Below are positions 44,415 to 53,192 of a stretch of 64,000 nt of DNA, in pieces (the stretch's first letter is position 1; every line of letters starts with the position of its first letter). The notes under the pieces were generated by a model. That model worked only from the letters and a program-made list of their open reading frames with translations, was not told the origin of the DNA and did no database searches. The stretch comes from Candidatus Fraserbacteria bacterium (GTDB taxonomy: Bacteria; Bipolaricaulota; Bipolaricaulia; RBG-16-55-9). A program made the position numbers and the translations under genes. The stretch covers positions 18,546-82,545 of the forward strand of contig JBBIOR010000005.1 of NCBI GenBank assembly GCA_037443265.1, given 5' to 3'.

Positions 44415-44499
44415 CCGGCAGGCCGGCTCCTCCGCTACCTGGGAGGCGACCCCTGCCGGCAGATGGAGCTATCTTACGGGACACCGCAGCCCAAATCAA
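44415..44499 (-). promoter_or_regulatory. thrS promoter and leader hairpin
   Basis: TTGATT-17-TAAGAT; stems CCGGCAGG/CCTGCCGG and CCTCC/GGAGG with loop CAGGTAGC. Confidence 0.6.
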
Positions 44500-44527
44500 G
44501 ATCTGCCCCTGCACAGTTGACTTTTCC

Positions 44528-45283
44528 GTGGAATGTCGTGTAATCTCCCTGAGAACTATAGCTGTCCGGTGGCCGAAGGAGTTAGAAGAGCCAAGACGCC
44601 TCAGTCGGCAGATTCTGGAACAAGCCGCTCGGCAGGGTCTTTATCTGCGTACGGCATCTTACCCCGCCGGAGCCCTCATCTTCGGGCAAGGGGACCTGTC
44701 TGAAGAGATGTACGTGATTTTAGAAGGCTTAGTCAAGGTGGCTCATATCATGGTGGATGGCACATCCTTCTCGCTGAGATTGCTTAAACCCGGCGAGCTC
44801 TTGGGCAGAAGTGCTCTAACCGCAAGTGTGCGGCGGGCATATGCACAAACCCTGAAGCCCACGCGCCTTCTGATCCTAAAGCCCCAAGAGCTGAGTCGTC
44901 TGCTGAGTCACTCGGAGGAGCTGACAATGAGCCTTATCACTTCACTAGCCCAAGAGGTATATGAGTTTCAAGTGCGCCTGCTGGCAGCCACCCAAGGCGA
45001 CTTGCCAGATCAGCTTGCGGTGCTCCTCTGGTTTTTACACCGGCGCTTTGGACAGGCTACGCCTGAAGGTGTGAGGCTGGAGCCGAAGCTCTCCTGCCAG
45101 ACGCTGGCCGAGATGCTAGGGCATAGCCGCCAGAAGGTCAATGAAGCCCTTGGAAAACTGAAGCAGCAGGGCTTGGTGCACGCTCACTATGGGCAGATTG
45201 TGATCAAGGATCTTGAGGGTCTTAGATCTTTAGCAAAGCCGTTTCTGGATGCGGGGGGGGGCGTAAGATTGTCCCCTCCGTGA
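44528..45283 (+). CDS. Crp/Fnr family regulator with RQ recognition helix (start uncertain)
   Basis: cNMP-like beta-roll; HTH LAEMLGHSRQKVNEAL. Confidence 0.85.
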   Translation: MECRVISLRTIAVRWPKELEEPRRLSRQILEQAARQGLYLRTASYPAGALIFGQGDLSEEMYVILEGLVKVAHIMVDGTSFSLRLLKPGELLGRSALTASVRRAYAQTLKPTRLLILKPQELSRLLSHSEELTMSLITSLAQEVYEFQVRLLAATQGDLPDQLAVLLWFLHRRFGQATPEGVRLEPKLSCQTLAEMLGHSRQKVNEALGKLKQQGLVHAHYGQIVIKDLEGLRSLAKPFLDAGGGVRLSPP

Positions 45284-45331
45284 CAGATTTTGTGTCGCCA
45301 AGGGGACAGAATATCTGTCACAGCGGTGGCA
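45270..45331. promoter_or_regulatory. Three TGTC-N8-GACA operator boxes at a 23-bp period
   Basis: TGTCCCCTCCGTGACA (45270), TGTCGCCAAGGGGACA (45293), TGTCACAGCGGTGGCA (45316). Confidence 0.75.
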
Positions 45332-45377
45332 GACGGCCTCCCAAGTGAGGGGTTAGGATGAAGCTAACCTTAAGGAG

Positions 45378-46103
45378 GTGTCACAGATGACGATCAACAA
45401 GATCCTTGTAGGAATAACGATTTTGATAGGATTAGCCCTTACAGAATTGACCTTAAGCTACCTGGGGGCTAACGCGTTCCATGCCGGCGTCCAGGGGATA
45501 AAAACCCTCGAGGAGCTTGGACAATCAGATACGGTCGAGTCGTCTACAACTATTGGGGCTCGTTTTCCTACGCCCTCGGTTCCAGTAGCTATTCTTAGCG
45601 AGAAGTTGGAAGAGTTCCGATCCGGAGCCCTCCTACTTGACATAGAGAACGCCTGCGTCTGGGAGTTAGGAGAAGGCAATAAGGCTTTTTACGTGCCTAT
45701 CGCTCCCAATCTCCAGGAGAAGGGAATCCAAGCTCTCGGGATCAACCCGAACACCGAGGAAAGGGTAACAGCTCCCCCTGAGCTCCTTCGACACTCTATT
45801 TGGTTCATGCCTGTCGGGGCAAAGATGATCATGGGGGTTCTCTTCCAAGATCAAGGGGCGGCGTTAGTGTACATCAAGCGCCTCTCCGAAGATCGCTACC
45901 GGCGCTCCATTGAGAGCCTCGACGGTCGAGTCTTAGAGGTTCGAGAAGGCGTGTTGGAACGGGTTGACCCCTCCATTGGCTATGGGCGTCTGAAACTGGG
46001 TCCCGCCCCAGAGGGGGAGCCAGTCCTGGCACAGGGTTGCTACGAATGTGAGTGGTGGTTCTGGAGTTTCTACGCCAAGTGCAAGCCCGTCCCGTGCCCT
46101 TGA
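45378..46103 (+). CDS. Hypothetical exported protein with Cys/Trp-rich C-terminal peptide
   Basis: SD TAAGGAG; N-terminal hydrophobic segment; ends GCYECEWWFWSFYAKCKPVPCP. Confidence 0.75.
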   Translation: MSQMTINKILVGITILIGLALTELTLSYLGANAFHAGVQGIKTLEELGQSDTVESSTTIGARFPTPSVPVAILSEKLEEFRSGALLLDIENACVWELGEGNKAFYVPIAPNLQEKGIQALGINPNTEERVTAPPELLRHSIWFMPVGAKMIMGVLFQDQGAALVYIKRLSEDRYRRSIESLDGRVLEVREGVLERVDPSIGYGRLKLGPAPEGEPVLAQGCYECEWWFWSFYAKCKPVPCP

Positions 46104-46115
46104 GAGGGGGACGAT

Positions 46116-46775
46116 GTGATATTTAGCCGGCGCACTTTTCTCAAAGGGGTTGCTGGCCTAACGCCCCTCGCCTGGACCGGAGCTTGGGCTAGGAGGGGAG
46201 AGGCCCTAGGGCAGGGCTCCTCCCCTCGACGCGTAAGCGGAGCCGGAGCCCACTTGGTCGGTCCCTTTTCCACTCCGTCCGGTGCTCTAGACCCCTTCGG
46301 CAACCCCGTCCCCCCACAGGCGTTCCTGCTGGCCGACTTTGGCTTTGACGAGACGTTTCTGTTCTGGAAGATCGCGACGAACCCGGACGCCCCCTTCGTG
46401 CTTCCCACAGTGGAACGGGGTCCTATCGCAGTGGACCTCTTTCGGTTCTTTCTGGGCATCCGGAGCGTGGAGATCTCATCGCTCACGGCCGAGGCTGCAC
46501 CCGATGGAAGCCGACGGGCCCGGCTGGAGGGGACAGGGAGGTCCGTGCTCGTCCTTCCCCTGGAAGGAGAGCTCCAACGCTTTGAGGAACCGGTCCGCTT
46601 CACTCTAAGTGCGGTCGATCGCGGAGCACCGGGCCCCCTGCTCGGGGATACCGTCCAATTGACGGTAAACCTCGACCCGGAAGGTGAGCAGGCGAAGATC
46701 TTCGGCCCTCAGAGCACCCTGTTCATCGCAGAGGAGGGAGCCCTCCTCTTTGGAAACGTCGCTGTGGAGATTTAA
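46116..46775 (+). CDS. Tat-exported hypothetical protein
   Basis: SRRTFLK twin-arginine signal; SD GAGGGGG. Confidence 0.8.
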   Translation: MIFSRRTFLKGVAGLTPLAWTGAWARRGEALGQGSSPRRVSGAGAHLVGPFSTPSGALDPFGNPVPPQAFLLADFGFDETFLFWKIATNPDAPFVLPTVERGPIAVDLFRFFLGIRSVEISSLTAEAAPDGSRRARLEGTGRSVLVLPLEGELQRFEEPVRFTLSAVDRGAPGPLLGDTVQLTVNLDPEGEQAKIFGPQSTLFIAEEGALLFGNVAVEI

Positions 46776-46782
46776 GCGTGCG

Positions 46783-47313
46783 ATGAGACTCGAACTCTTC
46801 TGGATTATAGCCGCGGCCTTCGCTCTTACCGCGCTGCTCCTCTTCTCGAACGCCCTCCTTCACCCCACAAAACCTTTGCCCCCAAGTGCAGAGGTGCCTT
46901 CTGAGACAGCCACCAACATAGAGGCCCATTGGCAGGCTCTCCTTCAGGCCATCCAAACCCAGGGGCTGGACGCTTCCCTCGTGCAAGAGGCCCGGCGGGC
47001 CCTTCAGGAGGGTCGTCTTGAGGAAGCCATCGGGGCGTGGAACGCCTTCGTCTTTCTGCTCGACGGCTGGGAGCGGGCCGGTCGCCTCTCTCCAAGCAAC
47101 GCAGCCTCCCTCCGTCGGCAGCTGCACCGCCTGCTTGATGCCCTAGCCCCTTCCTTGAAGGGAGCTCCCCTTTGCGTGGGCCTCTACGAGACCGAGGCCG
47201 GAGAGACTCGCTTAGTAGGTCCCCTCTTGCGCGAGGCCCCACCTGCCTTTCGCTTGCGGCTTGGTCCGCAACAGGAGTGGACTTGGCACCTCCAAGAGCC
47301 GCAGTGCTTTTAA
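46783..47313 (+). CDS. Membrane-anchored helical hypothetical protein
   Basis: ATG 46783, N-terminal TM LFWIIAAAFALTALLLF. Confidence 0.65.
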   Translation: MRLELFWIIAAAFALTALLLFSNALLHPTKPLPPSAEVPSETATNIEAHWQALLQAIQTQGLDASLVQEARRALQEGRLEEAIGAWNAFVFLLDGWERAGRLSPSNAASLRRQLHRLLDALAPSLKGAPLCVGLYETEAGETRLVGPLLREAPPAFRLRLGPQQEWTWHLQEPQCF

Positions 47314-47399
47314 ACTATCGTGATCGTGACCCTCCCTGGCTTCTGGCAAAGGGGTCCGCTAGAGGGGTACCATTTAGACGGAGACAACCGGAGGACGGC

Positions 47400-47789
47400 A
47401 TGCCCAATCGCGCTCAAGACTGGCTGAAACAGGCACTCCGTGATCTCGAGCAGGCAGAAGACTCACGGCGGGCTGATCGCCATGAGTGGGCGTGCTTCGC
47501 TGCCCAACAAGCCGCGGAGAAGGCTGTGAAGGCCTTGCATCTGCATCTAAGCCAAGAAGCGTGGGGTCACGTCGTCGCCCGCCTCTTGCGAGAGCTTCCG
47601 GAAGACGTGAAGGTTCCCGCCGAGCTGGTGGAGAAAGCCCGTGTCCTAGACGCCTACTATATCCCGCCGCGTTACCCCAATAGCCACCCCGAGGGGTCCC
47701 CCTTCGAACATTACGGCCCCCTGCAGAGCGAGGAGGCCATCCGCTATGCCCGTGAGATCATCACGTTCGTCCGTGCTCAGATGGCCTGA
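47400..47789 (+). CDS. HEPN domain protein
   Basis: WLKQALRDL, ACFAAQQAAEKAVKA, YYIPPRYP; SD GGAGG. Confidence 0.88.
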   Translation: MPNRAQDWLKQALRDLEQAEDSRRADRHEWACFAAQQAAEKAVKALHLHLSQEAWGHVVARLLRELPEDVKVPAELVEKARVLDAYYIPPRYPNSHPEGSPFEHYGPLQSEEAIRYAREIITFVRAQMA

Positions 47790-48120
47790 CGCGCAGACCG
47801 TCGATCGGGCAGTGCGCCGCTGGGCGCTGCAGCTTGGCCACAGTCGCCCAGAGGTGCTACGCATCGGCTACTTCGGCTCCTACGCCCGTGGGGACTGGGG
47901 TGTGGGCAGCGATCTGGATCTGATCATCATCGTGGCGAGTTCCGAGCGAGCGTTCGTGCGGCGAGCGGCCGACTGGGACACCACAGCCCTCCCCGTGCCG
48001 GCGGATGTGCTAGTCTATACGCAAGCCGAGTGGCAGATGCTCGAGCAGCAGGATCGACTGCCCCCTCTTACGTCGTCGATCATTTGGGTCTGGGAAGATC
48101 CTAAAGTGTCCCCTTGGTGA
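47746..48120 (+). CDS. Minimal nucleotidyltransferase (MNT)
   Basis: FGSYARGD...SDLD, DVLVYT. Confidence 0.88.
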   Translation: MPVRSSRSSVLRWPDAQTVDRAVRRWALQLGHSRPEVLRIGYFGSYARGDWGVGSDLDLIIIVASSERAFVRRAADWDTTALPVPADVLVYTQAEWQMLEQQDRLPPLTSSIIWVWEDPKVSPW

Positions 48121-48125
48121 CAGAT
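48107..48125 (+). repeat. Fourth TGTC-N8-GACA box, direct repeat of 45270..45288
   Basis: TGTCCCCTTGGTGACAGAT vs TGTCCCCTCCGTGACAGAT (17/19). Confidence 0.7.
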
Positions 48126-48228
48126 AGCGTGAACCTGAGCCGCTCCGGCAATGCGGTCGCCCCGCGGGTGATAGAAATGGTGTATGACAGTGGTGGGTTA
48201 GCAGCGCTTCTTCTGTTCTTTAGAGGAA

Positions 48229-49611
48229 TCAGAGAATATATCGGCTCAGATCCAGATCTTCCGCGATGCTCGTCAGCTTGTGCCTCACGTAGTCCGCTTC
48301 TATGGTGAACGCTCGGGGCTCCGGCAGATCAGCCGCCTCAAATGAAATATCTTCCATGAGCTTCTCCATCACCGTCTGGAGCCGCCGCGCCCCAATGTTC
48401 TCCAGCGACTCATTGAGACGATGCGCAATGCGCGCAATCTCACGAATCGCCTCGGGCGTGAAATTCAGCTTGAGATTCTCCACGGCCAAAAGCGCCTCAT
48501 ACTGCTTGACCAGCGAATCCTCGGTCTCCGTGAGGATGCGCACGAAGTCCTCCTCACCCAGCGGATGCAGCTCCACTCGGATGGGCAGCCGCCCCTGAAG
48601 CTCCGGGATGAGGTCACTGGGCTTGGCCATGGTGAAGGCTCCGGCAGCAATGAAGAGGATATTCTCTGTGGAGACGTGGCCGTGGCGGGTGCGTACTGTA
48701 CTGCCCTCCAGCAAGGGCAGAAGATCGCGCTGCACCCCCTGGCGCGAGACTCCCGGCCCGCTCCTCTCCTCCCGCCCCCCAGCCGCCAGCTTGTCGATCT
48801 CATCGAGGAAGATGATCCCCAGCTCCTCGGCCCGCTCCAGCCCCCGACGCCGAATCTCCTCGTGATTGATGAGCTTGTCTGCCTCTTGATTGAAGAGTAG
48901 CTCCCGGGCTTCTTTGATCTTGAGGCGTTTGGTGACCGTGCGCTGCGGCATGAAATCTGAAATGATATTGAGATCAATGCCGATCTGTTCTAAGCCCTCG
49001 CCGGAGAAGACGCTGATCTGCGGGAAGGCCGGCTCTTGTACGCGAATCTCGATGTAGCGATCCTCCAGCTCACCGGCCCGCAGCTTCTCCCGGAACTTCT
49101 CGCGGGTCATCTCCAACGACGCCTCGCGCTCCTCGTCGGCACTGGTGGGCCTGGGCAGCAACGCATCCAGAATGCGCTCCTCTACCAGCCGGAGGGCCTC
49201 TTTCTCGACGCGCTTGATCTCCTCCTGGCGGACCATGCCGATGCTCGCTTCCACCAGATCGCGGATCATCGAGTCCACATCGCGGCCCACATAGCCGATC
49301 TCCGTGAACTTCGTGGCCTCCACTTTCAAGAAGGGACACGAAGTGAGCGCAGCCAAGCGCCTGGAGATCTCCGTCTTGCCCACGCCGGTGGGGCCGATCA
49401 TCAAGATGTTCTTGGGCTGGATCTCTGTGCGGATGGGTCCCTGGACCCGCTGGCGGCGGATTCTATTCCTAAGGGCGATCGCCACGGCCCGCTTGGCCTC
49501 CTGCTGGCCGACGATGTATTTATCCAGCTCGGCCACGATCTCTTGAGGCGTCAGCTCCTGCTGCCGCGCCTGGCGCGGGATCTCGAGGCTCTCGCTCATC
49601 TCTTCTACCAC
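48229..49611 (-). CDS. hslU: ATP-dependent protease ATPase HslU
   Basis: GPTGVGKTE, KFTEIGYVGRD, GVQRDLLP, NIGARRL. Confidence 0.96.
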   Translation of the reverse strand: MVEEMSESLEIPRQARQQELTPQEIVAELDKYIVGQQEAKRAVAIALRNRIRRQRVQGPIRTEIQPKNILMIGPTGVGKTEISRRLAALTSCPFLKVEATKFTEIGYVGRDVDSMIRDLVEASIGMVRQEEIKRVEKEALRLVEERILDALLPRPTSADEEREASLEMTREKFREKLRAGELEDRYIEIRVQEPAFPQISVFSGEGLEQIGIDLNIISDFMPQRTVTKRLKIKEARELLFNQEADKLINHEEIRRRGLERAEELGIIFLDEIDKLAAGGREERSGPGVSRQGVQRDLLPLLEGSTVRTRHGHVSTENILFIAAGAFTMAKPSDLIPELQGRLPIRVELHPLGEEDFVRILTETEDSLVKQYEALLAVENLKLNFTPEAIREIARIAHRLNESLENIGARRLQTVMEKLMEDISFEAADLPEPRAFTIEADYVRHKLTSIAEDLDLSRYIL

Positions 49612-50147
49612 TCCAGCTCTTCGATTACGATCTCTTCATTGGTGAAGACATCGATGCTGGCAGCAATCCGCAGAGCTTGCTCGGCGATCTCACGGACAGA
49701 GAGTTTCGTCTGGGCTCGTAGGGCGCGGGCGGCAGCCAGCGCATACGCCCCGCCGCTGCCCAGCCCGATGATCCCATCATCCGGCTCCAGGACGTCTCCC
49801 GAGCCCGAGATGAGCAGCAGGCCCTCGCGGCCCGCGACGGCCATCAGGGCTTCTAAGCGGCGCAGCACGCGATCCGTCCGCCAATCCTTCGTGAGCTCCA
49901 CCGCGGCCCGCTTCAAGTTTCCCCCATATTCTTTGAGCTTGGCCTCGAAGCGCTCAAAGAGCGTGAGCGAGTCGGCCGTGGCTCCGGCAAAGCCGACCAG
50001 CACTTGATCGCCGTAGATCTTGCGGATCTTTCTCGCCTTGGACTTGATGATCCGGTTGTTCATGGTGGCCTGGCCGTCCGCGGCGATCACGGCCTTCTGC
50101 TCCTCTTCCGACCGGATGGCCAGAATCGTCGTCCCGATGGTGCCCAT
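49605..50147 (-). CDS. hslV: ATP-dependent protease subunit HslV
   Basis: GTTILAI, GFAGATAD, GSGGAYA; start moved downstream of a TTGCGA-17-TAGAAT promoter. Confidence 0.93.
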   Translation of the reverse strand: MGTIGTTILAIRSEEEQKAVIAADGQATMNNRIIKSKARKIRKIYGDQVLVGFAGATADSLTLFERFEAKLKEYGGNLKRAAVELTKDWRTDRVLRRLEALMAVAGREGLLLISGSGDVLEPDDGIIGLGSGGAYALAAARALRAQTKLSVREIAEQALRIAASIDVFTNEEIVIEELEW

Positions 50148-50194
50148 GAGGGCTCTCATTCTAACACGGCTCAAGCAGCCTCGCAAAAGTATCT

Positions 50195-51352
50195 CTAGAC
50201 GTGCTGGCGGGCTTCAATCAGATGCTGATAGATCCTAAGGAGCTCTTCGAGGGAGCGCTGGAGGCTCATCCTCTCCGCTTGCGCTCGGGCGGCGTGCCGC
50301 ATCGCTCCTAGGCGCTCCCCGTCGCGGAGTAGCTCTACCATGGCCGAAGCGAACTCCTCCTCGTCTTCTGGGAGCAAGAGTCCCGTCACGCCGTGCTCCA
50401 CAGCCTCCAAGGCCCCCATGGCCCCAATGGCCACCACGGGCAGCCCAGCTGCCTGTGCCTCCACAAAGACGATCCCCTGCGTCTCTGTCTTGGAGGCATA
50501 CACGAAGAGATCCGCGTTTTTATAATAATCAATGAGGGTCTTCCAGGAGAGATAGCCCGTAAAGATCACTCTTTGAGCGATCCCGAGTTCTTGGGCCTCG
50601 CCTTCGAGCTCGGCGCGGGCCGGGCCGTCGCCGACGATGAGGAGCCTAAGCTGGGGCATCTCCCTTAGGGCCCTCTGAAAAGCTCGCAGCAGAAACGAGA
50701 TGTTCTTCTCGCGGGCCAGCCGCCCGGCACACAAGAGCAATCTCTCATCGGAAGTGATCTTCCAGTGGGTCCGCAGATTCATCTTTGGCTCGCCGGAAAA
50801 CTCTTCGAGATCCATCCCGAAGGGCAAGGTGTATATGGGCACGTGAATCCCATACGAGAGGAGTTCGGCCTTCATGGGGCCGGAGGGGACGGTGACGGCG
50901 TCGCAGCGATTGCAGAAGGCCGCGCTGATCTTGCGCACCATGGTGGAGGTGGGGCGCAAGCATCGGGGCAGATAGTGAAGATATTCTGTAAAGAGCGTGT
51001 GATACGTGTGGAGATGAGGGATCTGATGCCGGCGCGCAACGCGCATGCCCAGAAGCCCCAACGAGAAGGGCGTGTGGCTGTGAACCAGATTGAGTTCTTC
51101 AAAGACCCGCCAGGCCTGGCGGTGATAGGGGATCGTCACGCGGCTCTCCTTGTGATAGGCGAACTTGAGCGCGGGAAATCTGAAGATCCTCTCGTTCTCC
51201 ACTGTCCAGTGTCGGCCTTCATACGAGGGCGCAAAGGTATAGACCCGATGCCCCAGGCGCGTAAGGAGCTTATCTAGAAGGGGCAGAAGCGTGGCCACCC
51301 CATTGATCTGGGGCGGGTATGTGTCCGTGAAGAAGCCGATCGCCAGCGTCAC
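50195..51352 (-). CDS. Glycosyltransferase family 4
   Basis: FTDTYPPQINGVA, HSHTPF, ETQGIVFVEA; GTG overlaps upstream stop. Confidence 0.9.
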   Translation of the reverse strand: MTLAIGFFTDTYPPQINGVATLLPLLDKLLTRLGHRVYTFAPSYEGRHWTVENERIFRFPALKFAYHKESRVTIPYHRQAWRVFEELNLVHSHTPFSLGLLGMRVARRHQIPHLHTYHTLFTEYLHYLPRCLRPTSTMVRKISAAFCNRCDAVTVPSGPMKAELLSYGIHVPIYTLPFGMDLEEFSGEPKMNLRTHWKITSDERLLLCAGRLAREKNISFLLRAFQRALREMPQLRLLIVGDGPARAELEGEAQELGIAQRVIFTGYLSWKTLIDYYKNADLFVYASKTETQGIVFVEAQAAGLPVVAIGAMGALEAVEHGVTGLLLPEDEEEFASAMVELLRDGERLGAMRHAARAQAERMSLQRSLEELLRIYQHLIEARQHV

Positions 51353-51891
51353 GACCGTCCCTCTAGCTTGCAGTAATAGCAGATCTCTCCTGGGCCGTCG
51401 TGGTGGACTCCGCAGAGGCGACAGCGGGTCCAGCCCTGCGCGGCCCGCAGCCTCTCCCGCCGAATCAAGCCCAAGATCCACCGCTCGAAGCCCTCTCTCA
51501 AATGGGGGTCTTCCAGTTCGTCCAGCAATCTCTTGACCTGCTCCCGCTCCATCAAGCTCAACTGCTCCCCTTCTGCGCGCTGATCTTGCACGGGCATTCT
51601 TAGGGCCCTGCCGGCTCGGAAGCGCACCTCGATAAGACGCTTCTCCCCCAATAGCTCATTGAGTCTGCTAAGATAGGCCTCCTTCATCAGGCTGAGCTGC
51701 TGGGCCACCACCGGATTGGCCGCTTCCACATAGAGAACCCCATCACGAACCCGCAGCGGCTGGGTGAGACGGCTCATCTGAGGCCCGGCGACCTCCGGCC
51801 AGAGGAGCAGAGCCTCTTGTTCTTCAAACTCTTTGCCTAGGCCCTGTCTCTCAAAGAGACGACGAATCTCTGGCAGGGTGATTCGCCTCAT
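51349..51891 (-). CDS. dciA: DciA/DUF721 family helicase loader with C-terminal Zn ribbon
   Basis: WPEVAG...TQP...DGVLYV...VVAQQLSL...LN...IEVRF; CxxC...CxxC. Confidence 0.8.
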   Translation of the reverse strand: MRRITLPEIRRLFERQGLGKEFEEQEALLLWPEVAGPQMSRLTQPLRVRDGVLYVEAANPVVAQQLSLMKEAYLSRLNELLGEKRLIEVRFRAGRALRMPVQDQRAEGEQLSLMEREQVKRLLDELEDPHLREGFERWILGLIRRERLRAAQGWTRCRLCGVHHDGPGEICYYCKLEGRS

Positions 51892-51930
51892 CAGAGAGCA
51901 TTGTACTTGAACTCTGCATAAAGAGCAAAA

Positions 51931-52200
51931 GGCCTCTCTACTACAACTGCTAAAATATATATCCCTAATAGTAGTAGTTGTAGAGGGCGGCTGACCCTGT
52001 GGAAAAGCCGGGGATCACAGAAGGCCAACGAAAATCGGCTGTGGAAATATCTGGGGAAAAGCTGTGGAGAAGTGGCAGCCAGCTGGGGATAACTTCTGGG
52101 GATAACTCGATGGGAGGGTTTTCCACAGGGGTTTTCCACAAGACCGGAGGAGTTTTCCACAAGCTTTCCCCAGGGTTTTCCACAGCGTTAATATAAAATT
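51931..52200. other. Probable chromosomal replication origin (oriC)
   Basis: About 12 DnaA-box-like 9-mers from 51998 to 52184 (7 one way, 5 the other), DnaA-trio repeats, AT-rich core. Confidence 0.85.
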
Positions 52201-52211
52201 CATTCTCAATT

Positions 52212-53192
52212 TTAGAGAAGGAGGCCTGGCTGACCTAGCTGATGGGAATAATCATGATGGAAGTAGGCCGCTGCAGCGATCATGGCCGCGTTGTCCGTGC
52301 ACAGCGCTAAGGAGGGGAAGTAGACCTCGAATTGCTCGCTGTGGGCTAGAAAGCGCTCGCGCAGGCGCGAGTTGGCCGCCACGCCCCCTACGATCACTAC
52401 GCGCTGAGTGCTCATCGCACGGGCGGCTCGGAGCGTCTTCTCCACCAGGACATCCACGACGGCCTCTTGGAAGGAGGCCACAAGATCCTCACGCTGTGTC
52501 TCAGGGTGATCGCGCAGATGATAAACCACAGCCGTCTTGAGGCCGGCAAAGCTGAACTCATAGCCGGGATCATCCAGCAGCGGCCGGGGGAAGGGAATCG
52601 CCTGCGGGTTGCCCTGCTTGGCCAAGCGATCTATCTGTGCTCCGGCTGGGTACCCTAGCCCGATGAGCTTCCCCACTTTGTCGAAGGCCTCTCCGGCCGC
52701 GTCATCGCGCGTCTCGCCCAAGATCTCATAGTGCCCCCACTCCTTCACATAGACGAGGAGGGTGTGCCCTCCAGAGGCGATGAGGGCCACAAACGGTGGC
52801 GGAGCTTGCTCGTTTTCCAGATGGTGCGCGAAGAGGTGTCCTTCTAAATGATTGACGCCCACAAGCGGGATATTCAAGCCATAGGCGAGTCCCTTGGCAA
52901 AAGAGAGCCCCACCAGCAGGCACCCGACCAAGCCCGGCCCCTGGGTCACCCCGATGAGATCGATCCCCTTCAGGGTGAGGCCGGCTTGCTTTAAGCTCTC
53001 TTCGATGATATAGGGCAGCTTGCGCAGATGATCCCGCGAGGCCACTTCCGGGACGACCCCGCCATATTTTTGATGGATCGCCGCTTGAGAGTAGACGACG
53101 TTGGAAAGAATTCTTCGGCCCCCCTCCAGCACGGCCGCGGCCGTCTCATCACAAGAAGTCTCGATGCCCAGTACATACCGGCACCGGCTCAT
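52212..53192 (-). CDS. tsaD: tRNA N6-threonylcarbamoyltransferase
   Basis: LGIETSCDET, HLEGH, SGGHT, DDAAGEAFDK, TDNAAMI. Confidence 0.96.
   Translation of the reverse strand: MSRCRYVLGIETSCDETAAAVLEGGRRILSNVVYSQAAIHQKYGGVVPEVASRDHLRKLPYIIEESLKQAGLTLKGIDLIGVTQGPGLVGCLLVGLSFAKGLAYGLNIPLVGVNHLEGHLFAHHLENEQAPPPFVALIASGGHTLLVYVKEWGHYEILGETRDDAAGEAFDKVGKLIGLGYPAGAQIDRLAKQGNPQAIPFPRPLLDDPGYEFSFAGLKTAVVYHLRDHPETQREDLVASFQEAVVDVLVEKTLRAARAMSTQRVVIVGGVAANSRLRERFLAHSEQFEVYFPSLALCTDNAAMIAAAAYFHHDYSHQLGQPGLLL

Noticed and set aside
45270..45331. Mini-CRISPR or integron attC interpretation
   Set aside because: 23-bp period with 7-nt gaps is too short, there are no cas genes or attC ends, and it fits Crp operators
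51891..52209. Four short overlapping ORFs and a CRISPR-like look
   Set aside because: Repetitive peptides are translations of DnaA boxes; repeats are 9-mers with irregular gaps
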